This document shows, in pieces, positions 38,892-49,010 of a stretch of DNA of 64,000 nt (positions are counted from its first letter, which is position 1; every line of letters starts with the position of its first letter). The notes under the pieces are model-generated. The model made no database searches. It was not told the origin of the DNA and was given only the letters and a program-made list of their open reading frames with translations. A program made the position numbers and the translations under genes. The stretch spans positions 60,142,001-60,206,000 of the forward strand of contig CM059438.1 of the NCBI GenBank assembly GCA_030390025.1, read 5' to 3'. Origin of the DNA: Squalus acanthias. Taxonomy: Eukaryota.

Positions 38892-40712
38892 GATAGCAAA
38901 ATACTGCGGATGCTGGAAATCCGAAATAACAACAGAAAACGCTGGAAAAACTCAGCAGGCCAGGCAACATCCGTGGAGAGAGAAAGAGAGTTAACGTTTC
39001 AGGTCGAAACCCTTCGTCGGAACTGAGAGAGCAAGAAATAAACAGATAAAAATGCAAGGGGGAGGCTGGGGGGAGGAATAAAAGAACAAAAGGGATGGTC
39101 TTTAGTGAGTAGAGATATTGAGAGATGCTCAACGCAAGACGAGATGGTAATGAGACAGGTTGAGAAACAAAAGGCAAGGTGTGAAATGCTGGCAGAATCA
39201 GAGACAGCTGCCGTGGGGGGAGAGAGAGAAAAAAAGGAAAAAGGCACGGACCAAAAGAGTGGATAAAATGTATACATATGTGGTAGGGGCCGGGGTTATG
39301 ATCTGAAATTGTTGAACTCGATATTGAGTCCGGAAGGCTGTAAAGTGCCTAAACGGAAGATGAGGTGCTGTTCCTGGAGCTTACGCTGCGCTTCCGTGGA
39401 ACTATGCAAGAGGCCGAGGACGGTGAGGTCTGAGTGAGCGTGGAGGGGTGAATTAAAATGACAAGCGACCGGAAGCTCGGGGTCAACCTTCCGGACTGAA
39501 CGGAGGTGTTCCGCAAAGCGGTCACCCAATCTGCGTTTGGTCTCCCCAATGTAGAGGAGACCACATCGTGAGCAGCGAATACAGTATACTAAATTGCAAG
39601 AAGTACAAGTAAATCGCTGTTTCACCTGGAAGGGGTGTTTGGGGCCCTGGAGAGTGGGAAGGGGGGATGCATAAGGGCAGGTGTTGCATCTCCTGCGCTT
39701 GCACGGGAAGGTGCCGGGTGAAGGGGAAGGGGTGCTGGGGGTGATAGAGGAGTGGACTAGGGTGTCTCGGAGGGAGCGGTCCCTACGGAATGCTGAAAGG
39801 GGAGGTGAGGGGAAGATATGTTTGGTGGTGGGATCACGTTAGAGGTGGCGGAAATGGTGGAGGATGATCCGTTGAATGTGGAGGCTGGTGGGGTGGAAGG
39901 TGAGGACAAGGGGAACTCTATCGTGGTTCCGGGAGGGAGGGGCCGGGGTGAGGGCAGAAGTGCGGGAGATGGAACGGACACGGTCGAGGGCCGTGTTGAC
40001 CACGGTAGAGGGGAATCCTCGGTTGAGGAAAAAGGAAGACATGTCGGAAGCACTGGTATGGAAGGTGGCATCGTCGGAGCAGATGCGGCGGAGACGGAGA
40101 AACTGGGAGAAGGGAATAGAGTCCTTACAGGAGGCGGGGTGGGAGGAAGTGTAGTCCAGGTAGCTGTGGGAGTCAGTGGGCTTGTAGTGAATGTTGGGGA
40201 ACTATGAGGTTGGCGGCCGCGGGGGGAAGATCTCCAGAGATGAGGTCAGTGACAGTCTTGGACACAGTGGCTTGATGTTCTGTAGTGGGGTCATGGTCCA
40301 GGTGGAGGTAGGAGGAGGTGTCGGAGAGTTGGCGTTCAACTTCCGCTAGGTAGAGGTCGGTTCGCCAAACAACAACAGCACCACCCTTGTCAGCAGGTTT
40401 AATGACAATGTCGGGGTTGGATCTGAGAGAATGGAGTGCTGCAAGTTCAGAGGGAGGTAGGTTGGAGTGAGAGAGGGGAGCAGAGAAATTGAGCTGGCCG
40501 ATGTCACGGCGGCAGTTAGCAATGAAAAGATCTAGAGAGGGTAAGAGGCCAGAGGGAGGGGTCCAGGTGGAACGAGAATTCTGAAAGCGGGAGAAAGGGT
40601 CAGCCGTGCGGGGGGAAGACTCCTGGCCAGAGAAGTGGGCACGGAGACGGAGGCGGCGGAAAAAGAGCTCAGCATCGTGCCGAGCTCGAAATTCATTGAG
40701 ATGGGGGCGAAA
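38892..40712 (-). mobile_element. Penelope-like retroelement with GIY-YIG endonuclease, internally deleted, flanked by a 13-bp direct repeat
   Basis: ORF 39296-39625 NLVYCIRCSRCGLLYIGETKRRLGDRFAEH...GLN; RT C-terminal motifs (HYKPTDSHSYLDY, FLNRGFP, RVPLVLTFHP); GACTTCTACTTAC at 38879-38891 and 40713-40725. Confidence 0.92.
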
Positions 40713-40725
40713 GACTTCTACTTAC

Positions 40726-40794
40726 CCAGGCCTCACTTCGCAATGTCAGTCTCGTCCTCAACAGGTGGATTGTCTCGCTTATGGATTAAATGAC
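40726..40794 (-). CDS. Exon 5 (69 nt): (G)[19 protein letters not shown] plus 7 nt of 3'UTR; acceptor apparently mutated AG>AA
   Basis: Polypyrimidine tract tcattctgtctcctatttt followed by aa|GTCATTTAATCCATAAGCGA; TGA at 40735-40733; donor CCTGG|gtaagt. Confidence 0.65.
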
Positions 40795-43700
40795 TTAAAA
40801 TAGGAGACAGAATGACACCTTTCTGGCGTTTTCTCTTCTGGGTTTTTGTTCCAAGTTGCAGCTTCTTTAATGAATGATTCATGCCCTGCATTTCTTCAAC
40901 CACTGCCAATTAGTCTGGCCCAGCTTCTGCACTGCCGTAGCACTGAACTGTGCTCCAGTGTGGAGAATAGTGCACAGTCTTGGATACTATTATAGGAAGG
41001 ACACAGAAGCAATGGGAAAGGTGCAGTGTGGATTCACTGGGATGTTACCAGGGATGAGGGCCCACAGTTATGCAGAGAAACTTGAGACGGTGGGGCTTTT
41101 CTTCACCGGATCTGAGAAAGGTGACCTGATAGAGGTCTTTAAGATTGTGGAAGGTTCTGAGCAGGTAAATCGTGAGAGATTGTTTCCACTGTCCCCAACA
41201 TGATAGTTAGAGGGCCTAAAATTCCAATAATCACAGAAAGAATTAAAGGAGAGGGTGAAACAAATTATTTTCACAGAGGCTGATTGGAATCTGGAATTCT
41301 CGGCCACAAACCAGTGTTGAAGCAAATCCGTCGATTCTTTTAAAAGGGAATTAGATAGTTGCTTGAAAAAGAGGAATATTAAAGGGAATGGGCCGAGTTG
41401 GATCAGGCAGTGGCTCACCTGGAGAGAAACACTACAACAGACAGGGTGGGACAAGGCCACGGAGGGACTTAGAGGGAAGGACGAGGCTTTTGAATTGAAT
41501 TGTGACTCATCCAGGACTGACGACCAACTGTATTCTCCACCCTCCTTGCACCACTGATGGGCTTTGTGTTGTCTGACAAGCATCCCGACAACACAAAGTC
41601 AATTGGGGAGTTGAGAGAAGTGGTGAAGAGGTAGAACTGGATGTCATCAGCGTACCATGGAAAGATGATTCTGTGTCTCCACATGATGTTACCGAGGGGC
41701 AGCATACAATTACATGTGTGTATACACGTACTTATAAGAACCAGCAAGTACATACAGGCACATATACTTACCCATAAATACAGACAGGTACAGGTACTTC
41801 TAAGTATATACAAATACTTACATCTACACATCGGTACTTCAAGGTACATCGAGATAAATACGGGTACATACAATATATGAAATGAGTATTCTACCAACTG
41901 GGACTGGGCTATAAATGTGTCCTTTACCACATCACCCACATCCCAAGAACAGATAATCTAAAAGAACAGTTTTCCTGTCAGACATTAACTGCCATGGAAC
42001 TCCATTCCAATGAGGAAATATCAATGATTTCCCTGGGAAATAAGTCGCATTTATGACTACACAGAGTGAGGGCGGAGCCAGTGTTAACCCACGGTGTGGA
42101 CTGTGGGATTATTGCACAATTACTGAGTAATGGGACACACCGACATCCACATACATCCCACACAGTAAAATGTGTCTCCGTCGAGACCCTGCCAGCCTCC
42201 CGCCCACTGGGCTCGTTTCTCAAACACCCCCCGGGCACCAGCCCTCAGACTGGGTCACTTTCCTTGGCATCCAAGTGGGTTCCAGAAATATCCGATCCTG
42301 TTCTGATGTCGCTCTCGACTCTAACCAAGTCCCTCCATCAATCCTTTCATTATCGTATTGTGTCATTCATTAAAAGGAAATACTTACCAAATATATTTTT
42401 GAGAGCTCCAGCTAATAGGCCGAAAAATCGTTTCTGGACGTGCTCACCACTTGTTGACTCTAAAGAAACAGGATGAGACATGGTGCTGGTTAGTATTCAG
42501 GATCCTCTGTGTTTGGTAAAGTTTGCTAGTTATCACTGAGCACTGGGTGATTTTCATGTTGACAAAAGTATATGACAGTGTTCAGTGCTTCAGTGCCAAC
42601 AGCAAATATATTCCCAATAAAAATCCTGTCAAATCTCATTTCTTGATGTTTTATTCTGCAGTTTATACAGACTGACACAAAATAACACAGCCTCTCTGGG
42701 AATACGAGCAGTGTGGCCCCTTTAATGGGACCCACTCCCTCCTGACCTAGGTAACCTCCCTATTCTGACCGGGCTGAGATCAGCTCACTCTGCGCAGACC
42801 AAGGATCAAACCTGGACCAGGAGTGGCCATTCAGCCCCTCCGCCATTCAATGAGATCATGGCTGCTCTGTACCTCAGCGCCATTTCCCCACCTTAGCCCA
42901 ACATCCCTTGATACTCTTACCCAACAAACAGCTGTCGATCTCAGTCTTGAAAGCTCCAATTGACCCCCAGCATCCACAGCCTTTTGTGGGAGAGAGTTCC
43001 AGATTTCCACTACCCGTCATGTGAAAAAGTGCTTCCTGATTTCACTCCTGAACGGCCGAACTCTAATTTTAAGATTGTGTTCCCTCGTTCTTGACTCCCC
43101 CATCAGAGGAAATAGTTTCTGTGTCTACCCTATCAAATCATTTTAACATTTCAAACACCTCGATCACATCACCCCTCAATCATCTGAACTCAAGGGAATA
43201 CAAGCCAAGTTTATGCAAGCTGTCCTCATTAGTTAACCCTCTAAGCCCGGTATCATTCTGGTGAATCTGCGCTGCACCCCTTTCAAGGTCAATATATTCT
43301 TCCTGAGGTGCGGTGCCCAGAACAGAACAGACTGCTCCAGATGGGGTCTGACCAAGGCTCAGTACACCTGAAGCATCACTTCCTGCTCTGTGTCTCAGCA
43401 GCAAAGGACCTTTATTGTGGAGCGACAGACTGACTTGTTAATGTTCCTGACACTTACCCAGGTCTCGATTCTGTGTGTCGCGAGCATTAGACTTTGAATC
43501 AGCCAACTCATGCAGCGCCTCTTCTGAAATGAATAAAAAGTGTTGTATTTTAACACGGCTACCAGTATAGATTATCTCCTCACATTATCAGTTATCTCCA
43601 CGATTACTCCAATATTCAAAGCAGCTGGCTGGAGATGTTTGCTGTCTCCTCATAGAATTACACAGAATGTACAGCACAGAAACAGGCCATTCGGCCCAAC

Positions 43701-45345
43701 TGGTCTGTGTCGGTGTTTATGTTCCACACCAGTCTCCTCCCACCCTACTTCATCTCACTCTATCAGCATCTCCTTCTATTCCTTTCTCCCACAGGTACTT
43801 ATCTAGCTTCCCCTTAAATGCATCTCTGCTATTCGCCTCAACTACTCCTTGTGGTCGTGAGTTCCACATTCTCACCACTCTCTGGGTAAAGGAATTCCTC
43901 CTGAATTCCCTATTGGATTTATTAGTGACTATCTTATATTCATAAACCCTAGTTTGGAGTCCACCAGAAGTGGAGATAGTGTCTCCACATCTACGCTATC
44001 GAACCTCTTAATAATGTTAAAGATCTCTATTAGGTCCCCCCTCAGCCTTCTCTTTTCTATTTTCACTAATTCACTTTCCACTCAAACCCCCACAACAGAT
44101 ACTCCAAGATAGACTACTGCTTCCTGAAGCAATCCCACCTATCCCAAATCACACACTGTGAAATAGGGTAAAGAGTGGGAAGAGATGTGTGCTGCTCCTC
44201 CTCAGTTACTTTTTATTCCTGTTTTACTCGGGCCGTGTGTCAGAGTAGGTTCCTGACAATAGAAACCCTGGAAACCGACATTTCTCAGCCCATTGCACAC
44301 AGTGGATGGAGAGGCTGCCCCTGGACTCACTCACACTTCAGTCTGTTTCCCCTCCTTTCGTTCCCCATCAGTGTCATTTCAGGGTGACTGTGGGCCTTGT
44401 GTTTTCCTCTCCAATGTTTCTCCATTCCTGCCCACTCATTAAGATGCTGACCCATTCACTGGGATAGGCTCCATGGCCATGGTCACCCTGGAGGTTGCGG
44501 GAGCCTCGACAGGAAGTGTTGGCAGGCTATGTGACTGAGGAGGGAGTCCCAGCCCAGGATTCTGCCCTCAGACACTGACCCTCAACAGAGAAGGTTCACA
44601 GCGATCGAGAGTGGCATTCGTGGCCAATCTCCCCTTTTCTAACCCAGGGCGCTGCCCCCGATTGTGATGTCCCTGAGATCCTCTCGCTCAGCTCAGAGCC
44701 GGGGGGTGGGGGGGGGCGGGGGGGTGGGTGGGACCTGGTCTACAAGGCAGAGAAACGCATGGACATGTTAACAGTACTAACACTTACTCAGCTCTGCCAC
44801 CTGTGCCTCATTTACGTCAGACTCCCCACGCAGTGCCTCTTCTGGAATAAATAGAACATGTTATATTTTATCCTGGAATTTCAGTGCAGAATATTTCCTA
44901 AATTACGGCCTGTCTCTCTGTTTAATGTAGTCCACACAGCTGAGTTGAGTCGCACCTGTATAATGGGCAGAGTGTATAAGGGGCTGGTGTCTAACCAATC
45001 CGCAATCTCCCGTTTTACACCAACGCTGACAGTTAAATTCAACCCTTTACTGTGGCCCAGTATCTAACGCATTGCTGAAATCTGAATATCTGGCACCCAC
45101 ACAATTTCTGTGGCCAGCAAGCTTCAACATTTCTTCAAATTCCCCTAGCAAACTTGTTGGGCAAGCCCTTCTTCCCATAATTCCGTGCCCACTCCCTCTA
45201 ACCCTACCATATCCCAGTTGGCTCATCCAAGCTCAGACCCCAATTGAACAGTTAATCAGTGTTATAATCACTCACCGGCCCCAGCAGAATGGAGGGCGAT
45301 CGCACACAACGCGGCCAACAGCACTAGAAGAGAAAGTGGCTTCAT
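40733..45345 (-). CDS. Spliced gene (copy B), 5 coding exons, predicted 107-aa secreted prepropeptide and putative antimicrobial/host-defence peptide precursor: [107 protein letters not shown]
   Basis: Coding segments of 70+54+66+72+62 = 324 nt join in frame through four phase-1 introns. Donors are GTGAGT/GTAAGT and exons 2-4 have pyrimidine-rich CAG/CAG/TAG acceptors. A TATA box lies upstream. Exon 5 gives this frame only if its acceptor, which reads AA here, is taken as a mutated AG. Confidence 0.8.
40960..41400 (+). mobile_element. Degenerate CR1 3' fragment in intron 4
   Basis: [15 protein letters not shown]-like motifs. Confidence 0.75.
41570..41880 (-). repeat. Short L2-type RT fragment (YADDIQFY) next to a TA/CA-rich low-complexity tract
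   Basis: Translation of ORF 41469-41939; simple-sequence composition at 41705-41880. Confidence 0.6.
42388..42459 (-). CDS. Exon 4 (72 nt, phase 1-1): (E)[23 protein letters not shown]; dibasic site and start of the predicted mature peptide (first Phe codon at 42427)
   Basis: tcatcctgtttctttag|AGTCAACA...ATATTTG|gtaagt; open frame; amphipathic helical pattern directly after KR. Confidence 0.87.
42820..43385 (-). mobile_element. CR1 3' fragment in intron 3
   Basis: [12 protein letters not shown] motif and CR1-type 3'UTR. Confidence 0.8.
43458..43523 (-). CDS. Exon 3 (66 nt, phase 1-1): pro-piece (K)[21 protein letters not shown]
   Basis: ctttttattcatttcag|AAGAGGCG...GACCTGG|gtaagt; open frame; resembles exon 2. 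Confidence 0.85.
43650..44060 (-). mobile_element. CR1 3' fragment in intron 2
   Basis: Reverse strand reads [17 protein letters not shown]1-type tail at 43650-43700. Confidence 0.8.
44788..44841 (-). CDS. Exon 2 (54 nt, phase 1-1): acidic pro-piece (E)[17 protein letters not shown]
   Basis: ttctatttattccag|AAGAGGCA...GAGCTGA|gtaagt; open frame; length divisible by 3. Confidence 0.85.
45276..45345 (-). CDS. Exon 1 coding part, copy B: signal peptide [23 protein letters not shown] + G (phase 1)
   Basis: ATG in context GGAAAATGA about 50 nt downstream of TATATAAAG; basic N-terminus, Leu/Ala core, A-G-A cleavage motif; donor CCG|GTGAGT. Confidence 0.9.
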
Positions 45346-45369
45346 TTTCCCGAGCTGTGATGTCGAGTG

Positions 45370-45550
45370 ATGAGCTGCACTCTCCTCCGGTCCTTTATAT
45401 ACCGTCTTATCATCGCATCTCAGAATTGGTCCTAATCTCACTTTCCAAGAATCCCCTTGTCCATTGTCAGGACAATGCTCACCTGGTTGATAATCTGATT
45501 CCAGGTAACGGCCGTGACAGATAGTAGAATGACAAACCTCAAATGAGTCA
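45370..45550 (-). promoter_or_regulatory. Proximal promoter, copy B: TATA box (45401-45394), GATA site (~45411-45406), CCAAT (45429-45425), STAT/GAS motif TTCCAAGAA (45443-45451), AP-1 site TGAGTCA (45544-45550)
   Basis: Consensus motif matches at plausible spacing from the ATG, all retained in copy A; function is inferred. Confidence 0.65.
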
Positions 45551-45629
45551 CCGCCTGTCTTTAAAGCATTCATTGTTATTTCATCTTTTATTACCAGAAC
45601 TGATAAACAAATGAAGATTGCCGATACTC

Positions 45630-46047
45630 ATTGGAATTTAGAAGAATGAGAGGTGATCTTCTTGAAACGTATAAGATTCTGAGGGGGCTTGACAAGGTAG
45701 ATACAGGTAGGATGTTTCCCCTTGGGGGGAATCTAGAACTGGGGGCATAGTTTCAGAATAAGGGGTCGCCCCTTTAAAATGGAGATGAGGAGGAATTTCT
45801 TCTCTCAGAGGGTTGTGAATCTTTTGAATTCTCTACCCCAGAGAGCTGTGGTGGCTGGGTTATTAAATATATTTAAGGTGGAGATAGACAGATTTTTGAA
45901 CGATAAGGGAGTCAAGGGTTATGGCGAGTGGGCAGGAAAGTGGAGTTGAGGCCAAGACCAGATCAACCATGATCATATCGAATGGCGGAGCAGGCTCGAG
46001 GGACAAATGGCCTACTCCTGATCCTATTTCTAATGTTCTTATGTTCT
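45630..46047 (+). mobile_element. CR1 3' fragment, paralogue of 525-942
   Basis: Near-identical to the copy A fragment. Confidence 0.9.
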
Positions 46048-46054
46048 TATTGCT

Positions 46055-47810
46055 GCATATCCGAGAGAGTCCCAATGTGAGTCACACAATGAGATCGATA
46101 AATTCTAGGGAGCAGGGCTGGTGAGGACAAAAGGGGAAGTCAGTGGGGAAAATAATTCAATGTTTATGATTACTTCAAACACCGGGTGCAAAGAGATGAT
46201 GGACCTCTTTGTCTTCAAGATTGAGACCATCTCCACAGCTGACTCTGCCAATTCTCCCCTTTCTCTCCTTCTTGCTCCTGTTTTTCCCCACACTCTGCAA
46301 CCCTGTACAGCCCAGATCCCCATTACTCTGCAGCTTCTCTCCATCTCTCCCATGCCCGTCTCTAGAACCCTACTCCACTCTTGACCACTCAACTCTTGGC
46401 CACTCAATGTTTGCTCCTGGACCACTTGCTAGTGGACATTGTTAACAGCGCCTATTCCTTAGGAAACATTGTTTCCCCTTTCAAAACTGCCACCATCAGC
46501 CCCTCCTATGAAAACCAAGCTTGACCCCATCGGTGCTCTCCAACAAGTGCCCCATCTCTAACCTCCCTTTCCTCTGTTAGATCGTCCAATACATTATCAC
46601 CTCCCAACTCCATGCTCATCTCCCTCAATACAGTCTGTCTGAATCTATCCAGTATGTTTTCCACCCTCCCCACAACATTGAGACAGCTCTGTATAAATTC
46701 ACAAAATGACGTTGTGTGTGACTATGGTGCAGAATCCCTTCTTGTCCTCTGCTGCTCCACAGTGTTTGATACAGTTGGTCACACCATCCTCCTCCATCGC
46801 CTGTCCTTCATTGTCCAGCTCTTTGAGACTACCCTCGGATGGCTAAACATCAACCTCTCTGAATCTGCCCAGCACAACCCCAGCAATGGCTTCTCTTCAC
46901 AACCCTGAGCCACTACCTCTGGAATCCCCCAAGGATCTAACCTTGGCCCCTTCCTCTTCCTCATCTACAAGCTGCCCTTTAGTGAAATCATCTGCAGACA
47001 CAGGATCAGTCTCCACATGTATGTTGATGACATCTAGTGCCATCTCTCCATCACCTGGCTCAACCCCTCAACCTCCTCTGTGCTGTCAGATTAACTCTCT
47101 GACATCGAGTCACAGATCAGTCACGACTTCCTCCAACTAAACATCGGGAAGTCTGAAGCCGTGATTTTTATCCCTCGTCATCAACTCCGCTTGCTTCCCA
47201 CTGACTCCATCCCCCTGTCCAGCCACACTCGCACTGAACCAGGCCACACAGAACCTTGGCACCTTGTCCGCCCCACAACTGAGCTTCGAATACCAGATCC
47301 TTTCCACCAGCACGAACGATTATTTCCACCCCCACAACTTTACCTTCTCTTCAACCCCTAAAAAGTTTATTCAAGACTCTGTTACCTCAGGACTCAATCA
47401 TTCCAATGCCCCCCTCATCGGTCTCCTATCCTCCAACTTGATTAAAACCCATCTGCCCGCCTGCTGTCCCACTTTGAGTTCTGCTCGCTCCGTACCTCAT
47501 CCTTGCCTACATTTGCTCATTGTCCCCAATGTTTCATTTTCAAATCCTCGTGCTGATCTTCAGATCCATTCTGGCTTCACCCACCCTGTCTCTGCAACCT
47601 CCGACAGCCTTCCATCCCCACCATATCATTCAGCCCTCCGACTCTGACCTCTTGTATATCCCCGCCCCCCTCCCTTCACCCCACCTTTGGTGACAGATCC
47701 CTGGAACTCCCTTTCTAACCCTCTCCATCTCTCCACATCTCCCTCCGCCTTTAAAAAGCTTCTCATTACCGTCTCTTCAACCTCTCTTCTGATCACCCCT
47801 CCTACTCCCC
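46055..47810 (+). mobile_element. Degenerate L2-type LINE fragment
   Basis: FDTVGHTILLHRLS, GIPQGSNLGPFLFLIY, HMYVDD and WNSL motifs across broken frames. Confidence 0.8.
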
Positions 47811-47829
47811 TCACTGTTGCTGTTGCTCT

Positions 47830-49010
47830 TGCTGAACCTACTCCACGGGGAGAGGTGCATCTTGCTCCAGGGAGCCTGCAATGATAATGCAGGAAGGGTT
47901 AGCGTGCAGCGCATGTGGCCACGAGAGGAGGATGTGTATGATGAGATAGGGAGGTTGGGAGTGAGGATAGCTTTGGGTGATTATGGATAAGGAATAGTTC
48001 AGCATCTGCAAGGAAGCTGCAGTGGCCACATACCTCTATGCGAGATGCCCCTGCTCTGCCTCTGGCCACGGGGTCTGCCACTCCCCTCCCGATCACGGCG
48101 AGCACTGCCTCCTTAAGGGGAATGATCTCCTGAATTTGTGCTTCCCCTCCCCTGGTCAGGTCCTGCTGTCGCCTGTTATGTGCTAATATTTCCTGGAAGA
48201 GATGGAGTGGTGATTGTGAATGAGTGTATTGGCAGCAACCGGGCCATTCACAGTTTCACGCGAAACTTTACATTGAAAAACCCGGCCCTGGGCTGCTTGT
48301 GTGTGTGTGATGCCTCACATGGTTGAAGAGCTGCGAGATGTGTCTGAGGTATGAGTAGTGCCTGTGAAGGATGCAATAGTGGGGGCGGGCGGGGTGTGAA
48401 TGTCAGTGTATAGTTCGATGGTAGATGAAGTGTGTTGAGGTTGTGATGCTGGTGGTGGTGGTGCAGTTATTGAGAAGTGTGCTTATGAGATGGGACCTTA
48501 CCTTGACCACTCGTGTCAAGTCATTAAACTTCTTGCAGCACTGGAGCCTATCCTGGGGCCAGGGCTCCTGGCTGTGACCTCCCGGGCGATCTCTTCCCAC
48601 ATGCGCTGCATTAGCTGCCTCTGTGGCCTCCTTCTCCCCTGCGGGTAGAGGACATCGCTCCTCCTCTCTACCTCCCCCACCAGGACCTCCAGTGCCACAT
48701 CGGAGAAGCTGTGCGCCCTCTCTCTTGCTCCTTGCGACATCCTTCCACTCCCAGCCATTGCACTCCACACCTTCAGCGGAAGTGGGTGAGTGCAGGCGAC
48801 ATACACAGCTCCAGAAAAAATGCATCTATTCAGCACTTGAGTGTTAAACCTGCGGGTTTCTGGTTAGCGCCTGCAGGCCCGTTCAAATCATGATGATCAT
48901 CCATTAGCCCGAAAATTGGGTGCTAAATCCAGACTTTCAAACAGGCGTTTCCGATTAGCACACCACCTATTTCACGCCTGTTTTCACCCTTTGGCCAAAA
49001 TAACCCCCTT
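47830..49010 (-). mobile_element. Harbinger-type transposon remnant encoding a frameshifted Myb/SANT-like DNA-binding domain
   Basis: RAHSFSDVALEVLVGEVERRSDVLY...WEEIAREV...(frameshift)QCCKKFNDLTRVVK followed by a GTAAG donor; resembles the accessory Myb/SANT protein of PIF/Harbinger elements. Confidence 0.7.

Noticed and set aside
41410..41580. Possible extra exon ending at the CAG|GTGAGC donor near 41419
   Set aside because: No convincing acceptor or fitting reading frame was found, and it is flanked by LINE debris; not fully excluded.
40770..42430. Tachykinin precursor identity (FFGLL resembles FFGLM; ALKNIFG|HLIHKR loosely resembles TAC1 ALLKALYG|HGQISHKR)
   Set aside because: The FxGL motif is at the N-terminus directly after KR and is not followed by G-K-R, so no tachykinin amide can form. 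Remote ancestry cannot be excluded without a profile search and synteny.
40733..45345. Osteocalcin/MGP or chemokine identity, suggested by the signal-peptide exon with a phase-1 intron
   Set aside because: The downstream exons have no Gla domain (ExxxExC) and no CC/CXC cysteines; the mature region is Cys-free.
45268..45573. 101-aa ORF (and 238-468) as a single-exon gene
   Set aside because: The ORF starts upstream of the TATA box and its frame differs between the copies; only the last 70 nt before the GTGAGT donor are credible coding sequence.
48403..48836. Host MSANTD/NAIF1-like gene
   Set aside because: It is frameshifted within the domain in copy B and disrupted by CR1 in copy A; best read as a transposon remnant.
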